From sequence record MK308675.1: a DNA stretch of 64,000 nt. One strand, written 5' to 3'. The translations under genes and the position numbers were made by a program. This document shows positions 54,865-64,000 of this stretch, piece by piece (positions within the stretch are counted from its first letter, which is position 1; every line of letters starts with the position of its first letter). The notes beneath the pieces are model-generated. The model ran no database searches and had not been told where the DNA came from. It worked only from the letters and a program-made list of their open reading frames with translations.

Positions 54865-56937
54865 TTATTTTCTTTTGCTAAACACGCTTACGAATACTGA
54901 GCCCATTGCACCTAACAAGTTCTTAACGAACTGGATGGTACGGCTACCGCCTACAGGAACAACGCTTCGGTCCAGGTGCTTATGTTCTAAGAATGGTTTC
55001 TCAGAACGAATCGCATTCTCTAAGGAGTTACGAATAGCGTCTGGGTTGGTCGAGTGGTCAACCTGATAAGCTACTGCTTCACCGCCGATAGATGCGCCCA
55101 AGTTACGAATCTCGGATTCACCCCAGCTACGCGGTGGTTGGCGGTTAGTAGGGAAGGCTACTTTAGTACGTTTATTCGTAGTCGCTGGAAGACCATGTTG
55201 CTGTCGTTGCGCAACAGCTACGGCCATAGGTTTAAACGATGACTTATCAAGCACAATCATCTGCTTAGGACCAATCAGTGCCGGACGAATAGTTCGGACT
55301 TCTTGACCGTCGTAGTTGGTGTACGTAATAGGTGACTTGTCTGGTCGACGATATGCTCTTAGCTTGTTAATCAGTTCACGGCCCAATAAGCCGTTATCTG
55401 CGGGGAACAAGTATCGAACATAAGACTCGGAACACATCTCGGTAAACTTGCGTTTCAGTTCATCCGTGTTCTTAGTGCGAACATACTTAGCATGTTGCTC
55501 TGGCGACACAATCTCCAAGAAGCCCATTGCGTGGTCATAGGCCATTGTCCAATCGTCACATTCTAAATAACGCTTCATGTCTTTCGCGATATCGCGGGCA
55601 CAAGCATTAACGTAACGTTCGTATTCCTGACCTAAGTTCATACGGGCAAAGATTGCATTACCAAACTGTACGACGTCACAGACATTACCGTGGTCATCGC
55701 GTGGCATTTGAGAACGTGGACGAATTTCACAGACAACGCCCTTACATCCGTGCAAGTCTGTAAACTTAGCACCGAACTTCAGGTTGTACATCCATGCAAC
55801 TTCAATCTGCACGTACCACTCATCAATCTGTTTAGCTTTGTGAGTAAACTGAACAGTACCAGTATTGTTGTAACCGCTAACTCGTTGTTGGTTGTTCGGC
55901 TGGTCAGCCAAAGCATAAGTGAGTTCTTCTTCTAAAGCAGGTTCCAGAACAGCGTTCTTGTCATTGCTTCGAATCTTGCGATATAAGTCAACCAGTTTAG
56001 TTGAGTAGTGACTCTTGTGGCCACGATAGTTATCCAGCACTTTCTCCATCGTAGGAGGCGTGTAGCGGAGACGCGATGTTGGTGGTGAAGAGAATACTTT
56101 AATGTCAACTACCCGACCGTCTTTACATTCAGGCGGAGCATAGACACACTCATCATAAACAAAGTCAACTTCGTTAATCATGTCTTCCAACATGTAAACA
56201 CAGTCTAGCTCTTCATCGTACTTACGAGTGGCAAAAAGAATATTGTCGTCACGGATAGGCTCCCCCGGACCAACGAATGGCCGGAAGAGTCCATTTTGGG
56301 TATAACACCCTACGAAGTATCGTTCACGTCCGACTTCTACTTCGCGTTTAGCCATTGCTACTGGTTTCGCTCGTTCTAAGAACTCTTCAGAAACAATAAG
56401 GCCATCCTCAATCACTCCGTTGAGAGAAAGGTTAGCTACTTCCGCATTAAGTGCGGTAGTGTAGACACCTCCTTTATTAGCGCCATTTGAGTGAGCTAAG
56501 ATTGTATCCTTAGCAATGGCCATTCCTGGACGCAGTTTTCTGCCGATGTCTGTGACTTTCAGCTCTGCTCCAAATACGTCGTGCGCGCGATAGTACCCTT
56601 CGAGTTTCAACGAGCCCCATTCACCGGTATCGTCATTACGGTAAACGATTGTTTTGGCTGATGCTTCTCGTTGGGCACGGTTCGCAGATACGTGGTGCGA
56701 AATAACGTCTTCGATGATAGCGTTACACGGCATCTTAATCGCCATGGTAGTTTGAGACATCTGTTTCTCATAACCATGGAAGCCGATTGGAATATCCGGC
56801 TGTGCAGGCATTAGGGCCTGCTGCGACTGTGATGACGCCATGTGGACACGCGGTGCTGAGTTAGCTGCAACAAAAGGGTTTAAGGCTTCTGTTGTACCAA
56901 CCAGTTCTGAACGTTTCTTAAGCTTAGTGATTTCCAC
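54865..56937 (-). CDS. Non-virion RNA polymerase beta subunit, C-terminal part (phiKZ gp71/73-like, uninterrupted)
   Basis: 690 aa. LNPFVAANSAPRVHMASSQ, EDGLIVSE, GAKFTDLHGCKGV, RMNLGQ and WGESEIR beta motifs. Confidence 0.92.
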   Translation of the reverse strand: MEITKLKKRSELVGTTEALNPFVAANSAPRVHMASSQSQQALMPAQPDIPIGFHGYEKQMSQTTMAIKMPCNAIIEDVISHHVSANRAQREASAKTIVYRNDDTGEWGSLKLEGYYRAHDVFGAELKVTDIGRKLRPGMAIAKDTILAHSNGANKGGVYTTALNAEVANLSLNGVIEDGLIVSEEFLERAKPVAMAKREVEVGRERYFVGCYTQNGLFRPFVGPGEPIRDDNILFATRKYDEELDCVYMLEDMINEVDFVYDECVYAPPECKDGRVVDIKVFSSPPTSRLRYTPPTMEKVLDNYRGHKSHYSTKLVDLYRKIRSNDKNAVLEPALEEELTYALADQPNNQQRVSGYNNTGTVQFTHKAKQIDEWYVQIEVAWMYNLKFGAKFTDLHGCKGVVCEIRPRSQMPRDDHGNVCDVVQFGNAIFARMNLGQEYERYVNACARDIAKDMKRYLECDDWTMAYDHAMGFLEIVSPEQHAKYVRTKNTDELKRKFTEMCSESYVRYLFPADNGLLGRELINKLRAYRRPDKSPITYTNYDGQEVRTIRPALIGPKQMIVLDKSSFKPMAVAVAQRQQHGLPATTNKRTKVAFPTNRQPPRSWGESEIRNLGASIGGEAVAYQVDHSTNPDAIRNSLENAIRSEKPFLEHKHLDRSVVPVGGSRTIQFVKNLLGAMGSVFVSVFSKRK

Positions 56938-56992
56938 GTGCTTCTCCTAAAGCGTTGTTATCTTATGGAAGGTATTAATCAATACCAGAATT

Positions 56993-57010
56993 GCAATATA
57001 GGTTTTAATT
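56993..57010 (-). promoter_or_regulatory. Early promoter for the nvRNAP beta/beta' operon
   Basis: Minus strand AATTAAAACC-TATATTGC, one mismatch to TATATTAC, 55 nt upstream of the beta gene. Confidence 0.7.
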
Positions 57011-57026
57011 CTCCAAGGATGCTGCC

Positions 57027-57374
57027 ATGGCACTTACAATAGACACGCTTCTGCCTACCGTCGATAGCACGGCTGATGGGTATAACTCGCAGTCTTTCAG
57101 AGAGTCTTTAGAAAGCATGATGCAATATCTAAAGAAACATAGTACCACAACTGTTCAAGTTATGGGCGACTACGAGAACGTACGTTTTAAAGGTGACCTA
57201 GCCGGATGGTTGTTAACGCTTAACATTGGCGAAAACTACCATTGGGTGGTCGCTAGAATGAATGACTTAAGTTCTCCTAGTGATTACGAAGGACTTACTA
57301 AGTCTTTCCGTATTCCAGACACTACTTTAATCGATACGTTACTACAAAAACATCGACAAAAGCTCCGAGCTTAG
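57027..57374 (+). CDS. Small conserved protein (phiKZ gp70-like; possible LysM/tail-X-like fold)
   Basis: 115 aa. FKGDLAG.L....I...YHWVVARMN.LSSP.DY.G and IPD motifs, plus synteny. Confidence 0.55.
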   Translation: MALTIDTLLPTVDSTADGYNSQSFRESLESMMQYLKKHSTTTVQVMGDYENVRFKGDLAGWLLTLNIGENYHWVVARMNDLSSPSDYEGLTKSFRIPDTTLIDTLLQKHRQKLRA

Positions 57375-57398
57375 AAAAAAGAAAACGCTAATAATATT

Positions 57399-57426
57399 AA
57401 TACCCAGACCATACGGTCTGGGTATT
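57399..57426. terminator. Bidirectional terminator
   Basis: aatacccagacc/ggtctgggtatt 12-bp stem between convergent genes. Confidence 0.8.
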
Positions 57427-57442
57427 ATTTATTGCAATCTTC

Positions 57443-59248
57443 TTAGCGGTACGTACCTGCGTACTGGTTGTGCGAGATTGGTTTACGGTAGTCGTTCTGA
57501 TATTGCGGAGCAGACTTACCGTAGCTAGGACCAGTGGTATTGTAGCCGTACGCTTGTTGCGATGGGTTACCATTACCTGGCTGGCCTGTGCTAGGACCGT
57601 AGTGCATTGCATGCGATGCGTTGCCGTGACCCTGATGTCCTGCTGGTTGACCATATGTCGAAGCATGGCCATAAGCTGGTTGGCTGTTCGCTTTAGCGGC
57701 TTGAGTGCGCTCACGACGTAGTTGGTCCACTTCACGTTGTGTTGTAGGGTCCAAGTGAGGAACGTCGCCATTGTACTCAATCTGTCCATCTAGGCCACGA
57801 GCAATAAGGAACAGTTGTTTAGGTAGGTCTTTCTCGAGTAGAACAATTGGCTTGCCCGAACTACGATAGCGCACTACTTCACCTAAGGCATCTTTAAGGT
57901 AGACTTCTTTCTCGCGGCCACCGATTACGATTTCTGAAGTATCACTTTCGCATTGAGGTTTTGAGCGCGCCCCAATAACCGGCATCAGGTTTTCCTGTTG
58001 TGGCTTTTTTGGCATCTCTTGAGCCTCCGCAGCTGCTTTACGGTATTCCGTAGGCGCAGGAGCGGATGCTGGTGTAGATGCTAGTTTAGTTGGTTGTTTA
58101 CGCATGCTCTGACCAAGCAGAGATGTTTTACGCATTGCGTTTGCTGTTTGTGACATGTTTTCTTCTACCGCGTTTAGTTGAGGTGTTTCTACAACAGGTG
58201 CCGCTACTTCCACTGGAGTATCAGCAACTGTCTCTACAGGTGCTGCAACTTCAGGCGCAGGCTTAGACTTAAGTTTGATTTCTACTGGCTTAGCTTTAGT
58301 CGCTTCAGCCGATGCTGCCGATAGGTCTTCAGACTTGCCAGAGGCAGCACCAACGTTACCTTCAAAAGGAACTTTGATTTGTTCTACCAAGTCATCTGCA
58401 TTATCAAGCAGTTCGGTCCAGTCAGTTGGAATACCTAAGTCTTTAACATACTTAGCTCCTAACTTCTTAAGAAGGCCGTTTAGCTGGTCGGCTGTAGACT
58501 TATAAGTCATCAGGAATGATTGGAAGTAAGGTGCAGTATGAGATACTGTGCCTTGCAAGTGAGCTTTAATACCTTGCTCTTCTGTTTGACCTAGAGCAAT
58601 CTCAAATGCTTTCATTACCGTTAGGTACTGAAGCTTAGAAGTTGCTTTAACGCCAAAGATGCGACGGTTCTTTTCGTCACGTTCTAGAACTGGCATAGAA
58701 AGTTCACACCAACGAATGCCGTTTACATCTTCGCGCTTACGGCGGCCCATGTTCAGACGAAGAACCGGACGCTCACCAGCGATAGAAGTGTGTGCACGGA
58801 ATACTTTCTCTGCGTACTCAAGTACTTTATCACGTTGCTTACTGTCTTTAACAGAAGGCATGTCGCCAATGACTTTCATTGCAGAGTTCTTAATCTTGCC
58901 CTGATTCTCATAATCAACAGACAAGTGAATTAGTGCTTCTGCGATACCTACTACCGTAGCGCAGATTTTAGCAGAGCCAAGAATGACCAGACGGTTCATT
59001 ACTTCTGATTGTCCAGCGAATGGAGACTCAGCGAATGGATGGAACTTGATGGTAGTACCGTCTTCTTCCAGGCGTAGAACTTCTTCAGTAGGAAGAACGA
59101 TTGGGAGGTTAGCTTTGTTGCCACCACGGCTAACTGGGATTGTTACTGGAATAACGTCGCTACCGTAGAAAGCTGCTAGATGGCCTTCTTCGTTAAGCTT
59201 CACGTCGAAAGATTCTAGTAGCGCTAAGTATAGGTCAGTAAGTTTCAT
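57443..59248 (-). CDS. Phage-nucleus protein import factor PicA/Imp1-like (phiKZ gp69 homologue)
   Basis: Lies between the gp68- and gp70-like genes. N-terminal L.LY.ALL..., IVLPT...FHPF.E...GQS.V..RL pattern and a long disordered C-terminal half. The identity rests on recalled family motifs and synteny. Confidence 0.7.
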   Translation of the reverse strand: MKLTDLYLALLESFDVKLNEEGHLAAFYGSDVIPVTIPVSRGGNKANLPIVLPTEEVLRLEEDGTTIKFHPFAESPFAGQSEVMNRLVILGSAKICATVVGIAEALIHLSVDYENQGKIKNSAMKVIGDMPSVKDSKQRDKVLEYAEKVFRAHTSIAGERPVLRLNMGRRKREDVNGIRWCELSMPVLERDEKNRRIFGVKATSKLQYLTVMKAFEIALGQTEEQGIKAHLQGTVSHTAPYFQSFLMTYKSTADQLNGLLKKLGAKYVKDLGIPTDWTELLDNADDLVEQIKVPFEGNVGAASGKSEDLSAASAEATKAKPVEIKLKSKPAPEVAAPVETVADTPVEVAAPVVETPQLNAVEENMSQTANAMRKTSLLGQSMRKQPTKLASTPASAPAPTEYRKAAAEAQEMPKKPQQENLMPVIGARSKPQCESDTSEIVIGGREKEVYLKDALGEVVRYRSSGKPIVLLEKDLPKQLFLIARGLDGQIEYNGDVPHLDPTTQREVDQLRRERTQAAKANSQPAYGHASTYGQPAGHQGHGNASHAMHYGPSTGQPGNGNPSQQAYGYNTTGPSYGKSAPQYQNDYRKPISHNQYAGTYR

Positions 59249-59266
59249 TTTTTAAATTCTCCGAAA

Positions 59267-59288
59267 AGGGAGCCCCTAGAGACTCCCT
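59267..59288 (-). terminator. Possible terminator between the gp68- and gp69-like genes
   Basis: agggag...ctccct stem followed by tttt on the minus strand. Confidence 0.45.
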
Positions 59289-59301
59289 CTAGTTAGCTCG
59301 A

Positions 59302-60810
59302 TTAAAAGTTAGACATTGCCGTAGCCATGCCTGGGTCGACGGATTGCGAGAATACCGTATCCAGCATCATGCCTGTCTTATTGGCTGTGTCTAGTAGGTG
59401 GTTCTCGTCGACTGCGATGGTTGATGCAGTCAGACCATCAGCATAGTTAGGTGCTGTGTATACTTCAAGTGGGCGGCCATACAGACCAACTGTGATTGTG
59501 GAACGACCAAATAGGCTACAGTCCATTTGGATGTGGAAGTCAATGCCTGGCTCAGGGATTACTTCAGGGATTACTTCATGTACGATTGTTGCACATAGAC
59601 GGTCGTACAAATCAGTGTCGCGGATAGAATCGAAGATTGGGATTAGGTTCTCAATCGCAATATTAACGCCGCCGTCTGGAGTTGGCCCCCATGCAGTGAA
59701 TGAACACGATACCGTTAGTGCCGAAGTCATTACCGATGGTACTGCGTGACTCAGTGCGTGAGCAAGACGAGTCTCCTCGTTTGCACCGCCCCAACCATTC
59801 ACGTCATTAGCTCGTATCATTTGCGAGTTAGGTGGAAGACGTACACACTGGGTTACTTCGTCTAGGTATGGGAACATGCCCATAAGTTCACCCATAGTTA
59901 AGTAGCCGATTTCTGCGTAAGAAGTACGCTCCGCTAGACGACGGAAAACCGGTGACGTTTCTAGGTCAGCCTCACGTGCCACAGATGCAGCAGTGCCCAA
60001 CGTAAACAACTCATTGTGTTGGCCGTCAGTTTGACGATACGCATGAGAGTAACCAGTCAAGACTTTAGATACCCACTCAGACGACATCTCGTTCTTACGA
60101 GAAGATGCCATACCGTACTCACCATTACCAGAACGGATGGTTGTACGAGTATCATGCACTTGGCCAGGGTTGCTTACTTTACTCTTCTGTAGCGAGTATA
60201 GCGCATCTACCGGACGCATCGCTGTAGCTGATTCAGTTGTGCCAACTGTATAGCCGCCTAGCTCGATGTGCGTAGGGCGAAGAATCTGGTTGATGTTACG
60301 GCCCGTGTAAACAGACTGTGCACCGTAAGTACCTACTGTTTGGCGCTCTGAGACTTTCATATGAGAGTTCACTTGAAGCGTCATGTTGTAGTCCCAGTGC
60401 TGAGAGTTTGCACCGTTACCGATAGTGCGACCAGTATGGTCTGTGTAACCAGTGATTACTTCATCCATTGTCTGTGATGGGGTAGTCACACGGAACAATA
60501 GATAGAAAGCGAAACGGTGGGCATCCCATCCGTTATCAATAGCAATCTTACCTTGAGAAGAATGAGACTGCTGAACGATGTCACGTGCAACTTGGCGGAT
60601 GGCAGCTGCATTAATAGAAATGCCGTCTGCTGTAATGTCACGCAATTTGCGGAACGTGTTATCGTTGAACGTCATTACGTGTGGGCGGTAATGAACTGGG
60701 TTTTCTGCCGGTACTTCGATGAAGAACGCTTTCACCAAGTCTACTTGGATGTTCTGAGAAGCGTGCATGCCTTCAGCGATTGGGTTCAGTTGTTGGGCAT
60801 TGTAGTCCAT
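59302..60810 (-). CDS. nvRNAP sigma-like promoter-specificity subunit (phiKZ gp68-like)
   Basis: 502 aa. VHYRP...F...L.DIT.DG, IAIDNGW...RF.F and EVITGYTD motifs, plus synteny. Confidence 0.75.
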   Translation of the reverse strand: MDYNAQQLNPIAEGMHASQNIQVDLVKAFFIEVPAENPVHYRPHVMTFNDNTFRKLRDITADGISINAAAIRQVARDIVQQSHSSQGKIAIDNGWDAHRFAFYLLFRVTTPSQTMDEVITGYTDHTGRTIGNGANSQHWDYNMTLQVNSHMKVSERQTVGTYGAQSVYTGRNINQILRPTHIELGGYTVGTTESATAMRPVDALYSLQKSKVSNPGQVHDTRTTIRSGNGEYGMASSRKNEMSSEWVSKVLTGYSHAYRQTDGQHNELFTLGTAASVAREADLETSPVFRRLAERTSYAEIGYLTMGELMGMFPYLDEVTQCVRLPPNSQMIRANDVNGWGGANEETRLAHALSHAVPSVMTSALTVSCSFTAWGPTPDGGVNIAIENLIPIFDSIRDTDLYDRLCATIVHEVIPEVIPEPGIDFHIQMDCSLFGRSTITVGLYGRPLEVYTAPNYADGLTASTIAVDENHLLDTANKTGMMLDTVFSQSVDPGMATAMSNF

Positions 60811-60821
60811 GTTTAGTTTCC

Positions 60822-62288
60822 TTATAAGCTAGAGTTAATGAAAAGAGATGCCAGTGACTGGCGAATGTTAGACGCATCACCTAGACCTAACCATTCTGCT
60901 GAGTTGATTTCTTTAGCGATATCTTCAATAGCAATACGGCCTGGGCAAGTGTTGTTGCGAATGTGCGCTGGTTGCAAGTGTGGGTAACAATCCAACAATT
61001 GTTGTTCTACCTCTTTACTTAAACGACGAAGCTGTTGACCGTTTTGAGCTGACTGAGTCATCTCGTGAATATCAATCGGTTGCTTCACGGAAATTAATAG
61101 ACGATAAACGTCATCTAGTCCTTTATGTAGACAGACCATAGCCGCTAGGGCAATAGCCGTACAACGAGCTGGACGAGCTAGGTGTCGATGCATTGCTGGC
61201 GAGATAAGTTTGCGTAGAATCAATGCTGGTACAATTGTGTGAATCTTAGGGTTAGCAGTGAAACGCTCATTAGTTCGCAGCGCATTAGATAAAGAAATAA
61301 CATCTTCGACTGAATCGTCCGGCAGCCCGAGCTGCTGGACAAGGAGCGGAATGTTTTCCAGATAGTATTCAATCTCGATTACTACCATGTCGCTGACGTC
61401 TTGAGCGATACGCCATTGGTCAGCATACGAGTCAGATTCCTGTCCGTTGTTTTGTCCGGTAGGGAACTTGTCTCGATAAGGTCCGTTAGCTAGTTGCTGA
61501 ATCTTATCTTCTAAGAACTTGAACACAAATGCCACGATTGGCACTTTGTTGTTAGAACGTAGAGGAATGATTGTAAAGCGACGCGTTAACGTTAGGCCCA
61601 TGAAAAGAGAATCTAAGTCAGCCTTAGGAATACCGTGCATTGTAGCTACGTTCTTAAGTGGGCCATTTGCTTTAGATTCTGCCAGTGCAGTTAGGTAAAC
61701 ACGCAGGCGTTCGAAAGGTCTCATCTCAGCGAACTTAGAGTTCACGAAAATACGACTAGCGAAACGTTCTTTATGTGCTGTACCGACTTCTTCTTTGACT
61801 GAGTTAATATAAGGTCCCCAGATAGGCGTAATCAGTTTTACTAAGATACAGTAAACTGCCATCTCATGTGCGTCGTGTCGAACATAAGTTGTCTCATCTG
61901 GATTACGAGTACGGTTAACTTCGTCAATGCTTTTATCTGGATAGACTCGTCCCTCAGTAGATGCCCACTGGAAGACTGAGTCAAAGTCGAATACGTCTGC
62001 CATACGGCTTAGGATTCGAGTTAGTTCTTCTTCCTGAACTGACATGCGGATAACGCCGTGCAGAACATCGTGTGCTTCTTTGTAACATTGCCAGAGAATA
62101 TCTAGCTTTTCTTCGGGTAGAGTCGCTAACAGTTCATTCGTCGGACCGAATACTTCTTCAGTCGGAACTGTATTTAGCTTGCCCCAGACACTATAGCCCC
62201 AAGTCAACTCTTCGCCTTTGTACGATGTACCTAAGCGCTTAGCTGTCTTTAAGGTTGTTATCTTAAGGACCGGTTTGTTTCCAGACAT
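60822..62288 (-). CDS. Conserved hypothetical protein (phiKZ gp67-like by synteny)
   Basis: Long ORF. The ATG (MSGNK, 62288) has a GGAG SD and lies downstream of an early promoter; the track starts at 62306. Confidence 0.55.
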   Translation of the reverse strand: MSGNKPVLKITTLKTAKRLGTSYKGEELTWGYSVWGKLNTVPTEEVFGPTNELLATLPEEKLDILWQCYKEAHDVLHGVIRMSVQEEELTRILSRMADVFDFDSVFQWASTEGRVYPDKSIDEVNRTRNPDETTYVRHDAHEMAVYCILVKLITPIWGPYINSVKEEVGTAHKERFASRIFVNSKFAEMRPFERLRVYLTALAESKANGPLKNVATMHGIPKADLDSLFMGLTLTRRFTIIPLRSNNKVPIVAFVFKFLEDKIQQLANGPYRDKFPTGQNNGQESDSYADQWRIAQDVSDMVVIEIEYYLENIPLLVQQLGLPDDSVEDVISLSNALRTNERFTANPKIHTIVPALILRKLISPAMHRHLARPARCTAIALAAMVCLHKGLDDVYRLLISVKQPIDIHEMTQSAQNGQQLRRLSKEVEQQLLDCYPHLQPAHIRNNTCPGRIAIEDIAKEINSAEWLGLGDASNIRQSLASLFINSSL

Positions 62289-62327
62289 TGGGTTTCTCCA
62301 TTTCAATTATGAGGTGGATGCCTATAG

Positions 62328-62345
62328 GTAATATAGGTGACAGAT
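62328..62345 (-). promoter_or_regulatory. phiKZ-type early promoter
   Basis: Minus strand CTGTCACC-TATATTAC-CTATAG. The core and downstream bases match the site at 28-35. Confidence 0.75.
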
Positions 62346-62439
62346 TATTTTGAATAGTCTTCCACTCCAGACTATACGGGCCCTCCGTAAATTTGAGCAA
62401 TAAAGTTAGATGCAGGAACAAGCCCTGCATCTTTATTTA

Positions 62440-63123
62440 TTACCAGCCAGTACTAGAGCCTGAAACTTCAGATTCGCTTTGCGGTTTAGACGCATACTTA
62501 TCTTTGTTTCCGCCGTTACGTCCCTTAGGCTTAAAGTCAGGGTCGTAGTCGTGATAGAATACTTTCGAATATACATCCAGTACGCTATCTAAGAAGCCAC
62601 GAGCAATTAAGTCAGATTGGTGAGCGATGTGTGTGGTCGTCTCGTCATCGTTAACTACGTTGTGCCAGCTATCGTCTTTAAATAGGAACGGTAATACCGG
62701 ACGCTCTTTGTTTCGAATCTCGATAAACAAGTAACCTTCTGGGTTACGCCCATAGACAATGCGTGCCTGCTTGGCTCGCTTACCAGGGACCGTGTTTCCG
62801 TCTTCATCTTTAAGGACGGTCAACGTCTCTAGGATGCGCGTGGTAGGCTCATGCTTACCTACTAAGCTCAACAGGTCATAGAAGATAGAACGCAGTCGAG
62901 GATAACTCGTAGACGCTTTAATAGGCGTCTTATGTAAAGGTTTACCTGTAACCTTGTTTACCTTACCTTCTTCAGCTGGGTGCTCTGACCATACTACGAA
63001 CTGAGGATTACCAGCGTAGATGTCAAACTTCAGGGTAGGACCTTTCCAATCATCCGCAGTATATGGTTCACCGCGCAATACAAGTTTGTTGTGGTCCAGT
63101 GGGGTCTTTTTATATTCAGCCAT
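62440..63123 (-). CDS. Conserved hypothetical protein with flexible C-terminal tail (possible nucleic-acid-binding protein)
   Basis: 227-aa beta-rich ORF ending in a G/S-rich tail. Function not recognised. Confidence 0.55.
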   Translation of the reverse strand: MAEYKKTPLDHNKLVLRGEPYTADDWKGPTLKFDIYAGNPQFVVWSEHPAEEGKVNKVTGKPLHKTPIKASTSYPRLRSIFYDLLSLVGKHEPTTRILETLTVLKDEDGNTVPGKRAKQARIVYGRNPEGYLFIEIRNKERPVLPFLFKDDSWHNVVNDDETTTHIAHQSDLIARGFLDSVLDVYSKVFYHDYDPDFKPKGRNGGNKDKYASKPQSESEVSGSSTGW

Positions 63124-63132
63124 TGTATTTTC

Positions 63133-63927
63133 CTACCATTGAGCCCGGGCCAGTTTAAGACAAAGTTCTCTGACATCTGCATCTACCAACTCACCTAGAT
63201 GCTCGCGCATTCGGGTTTGGGTAGTCGACGTATGCCACTTCTTCTCTAGTCCCAGGTCGATGACTCTGTTCTTCGCTTTCTGACTAGGGCACTTAAAGTG
63301 GTTAGACCCATCGCCGAAGAGCTGTAGTGTGAAGAGGTTAAACGGGAAGTGTTGTAAATCTTCTCGTTTGTTTAATTTACTAAACCATTTGGCCTGAGGT
63401 TTTATTTTGCCTGTGTGGCTTTCCAGTAACTCTAGTTTAGAGAACTTGAATCGGTTAAGTAAATCAAACGGAAACGACGTTATCATCCACGCAGTAGTCC
63501 CTACCGACGGCAGTTCTATATCTGACGTAATGAGCTTGTCGCCTAGCTGTTTAAAGACCACTTCCATCATTATCCGCTCTGCTGTTTCATATGCCTTAGC
63601 GTTCTCTGATTTGGCTTCGACTAGTGCAGCGTGAGGGTAGCGATTAGGTAGTGAGCGATAGGACAAATGGTAGAACTTAGGCGCGATGCCTTGGTTCGTA
63701 CATAGTCCCTCTATGTTCTCCAACTCTTCGAGGAAGTCTTTGAACATATGGACCACCGGAGGGCGGTCCGCGTTTTTCCAGCTGCCCCAGAAGTTTCGGA
63801 ATAACGTACGCACGTTCATCCAAAGGTCCTGGGGTTTGGGTCCGTCTCCAACAATGTGCATCTCGAAAGGTTGCGCTGTTGGTACTGAGAGCGGTAGCTG
63901 GTCGCCCAAGGAGCGCTTAACTATCAT
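63133..63927 (-). CDS. Conserved hypothetical protein, possibly a degenerate PIN/5'-3' nuclease fold
   Basis: 264 aa. LWMNVRTLFRNF, ITSFPFDLL and LLESHTG.IK...W..KL motifs seen in phiKZ-like core genes. Confidence 0.5.
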   Translation of the reverse strand: MIVKRSLGDQLPLSVPTAQPFEMHIVGDGPKPQDLWMNVRTLFRNFWGSWKNADRPPVVHMFKDFLEELENIEGLCTNQGIAPKFYHLSYRSLPNRYPHAALVEAKSENAKAYETAERIMMEVVFKQLGDKLITSDIELPSVGTTAWMITSFPFDLLNRFKFSKLELLESHTGKIKPQAKWFSKLNKREDLQHFPFNLFTLQLFGDGSNHFKCPSQKAKNRVIDLGLEKKWHTSTTQTRMREHLGELVDADVRELCLKLARAQW

Positions 63928-64000
63928 TATGCTGCCTCCAAGATTTCGTCAAGATAGACTAGGGTTACTTCAATCTCTTCTTCCGATATCCCTTGCATTC
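63927..64000 (-). CDS. 3' end of a gene truncated by the window edge (...QGISEEEIEVTLVYLDEILEAA*)
   Basis: Open frame ending in a TAA that overlaps the next ATG (TAATG). By synteny it might be the SbcD/Mre11-like nuclease, which cannot be verified from 24 codons. Confidence 0.5.
   Translation of the reverse strand, partial: MQGISEEEIEVTLVYLDEILEAA

Noticed and set aside
54865-56937. Intron or intein in nvRNAP beta (phiKZ gp71-73 is intron-split)
   Set aside because: The frame is continuous for 690 aa with beta motifs in order and no insertion-sized gap. No intein motifs were seen here or in DnaB, the polymerase or the helicase.
57397-57789. 130-aa alternative-frame ORF over the PicA-like tail
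   Set aside because: It results from low-complexity codon repetition, extends into the terminator and has no clear SD.
1-64000. CRISPR array, tRNA or rRNA genes
   Set aside because: There are no regularly spaced direct repeats and no cloverleaf with T-loop and CCA. The repeated hairpins are isolated, kilobases apart.
1-64000. Stop-codon reassignment as seen in some jumbo phages
   Set aside because: Core genes are full length under the standard code, and TAA, TAG and TGA all end genes.
1-64000. Chimallin, PhuZ and the remaining RNAP subunits
   Set aside because: They were not recognised in this window. By synteny they would lie beyond the right edge, so nucleus formation is inferred only from the PicA-like gene.

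Overview
This window is 64 kb of the conserved core of a phiKZ-related jumbo myophage (Chimalliviridae-like). It follows the phiKZ gp65-gp129 synteny block; phiKZ gene numbers are assigned from recalled motifs and gene order, not from a database search. It encodes the portal, major capsid protein, baseplate/neck proteins and a cluster of prohead-protease-processed internal head (ejection) proteins. Four non-virion RNA polymerase subunits (gp68-, gp71/73-, gp74-, gp123-like) and a virion RNAP beta' fragment (gp80-like) are present. Replication and repair genes include a DnaB helicase, a split family-B DNA polymerase subunit, an SF2 helicase and RuvC. Other genes include a PicA/Imp1-like (gp69) nuclear import protein, glutaredoxin, overlapping spanins and a free-standing HNH endonuclease. 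Three phiKZ-type early promoters match TATATTAC exactly and two more are variants; there are many hairpin terminators, often with UUCG loops. The most notable observations are: (1) an internal head protein with an in-frame C-terminal PTS EIIB domain that keeps the phosphoacceptor Cys; (2) a probable programmed -1 frameshift (T TTT TTC) joining a 533-aa ORF to the poorly initiated downstream ORF; (3) a tandem ClpP plus catalytically dead ClpP-like (ClpR-type) gene pair; (4) a Tyr/Gly/Gln prion-like tail on the PicA homologue. No rRNA, tRNA, CRISPR array, intron or intein was recognised. The host cannot be proven from this window; codon bias hints at Vibrionaceae.
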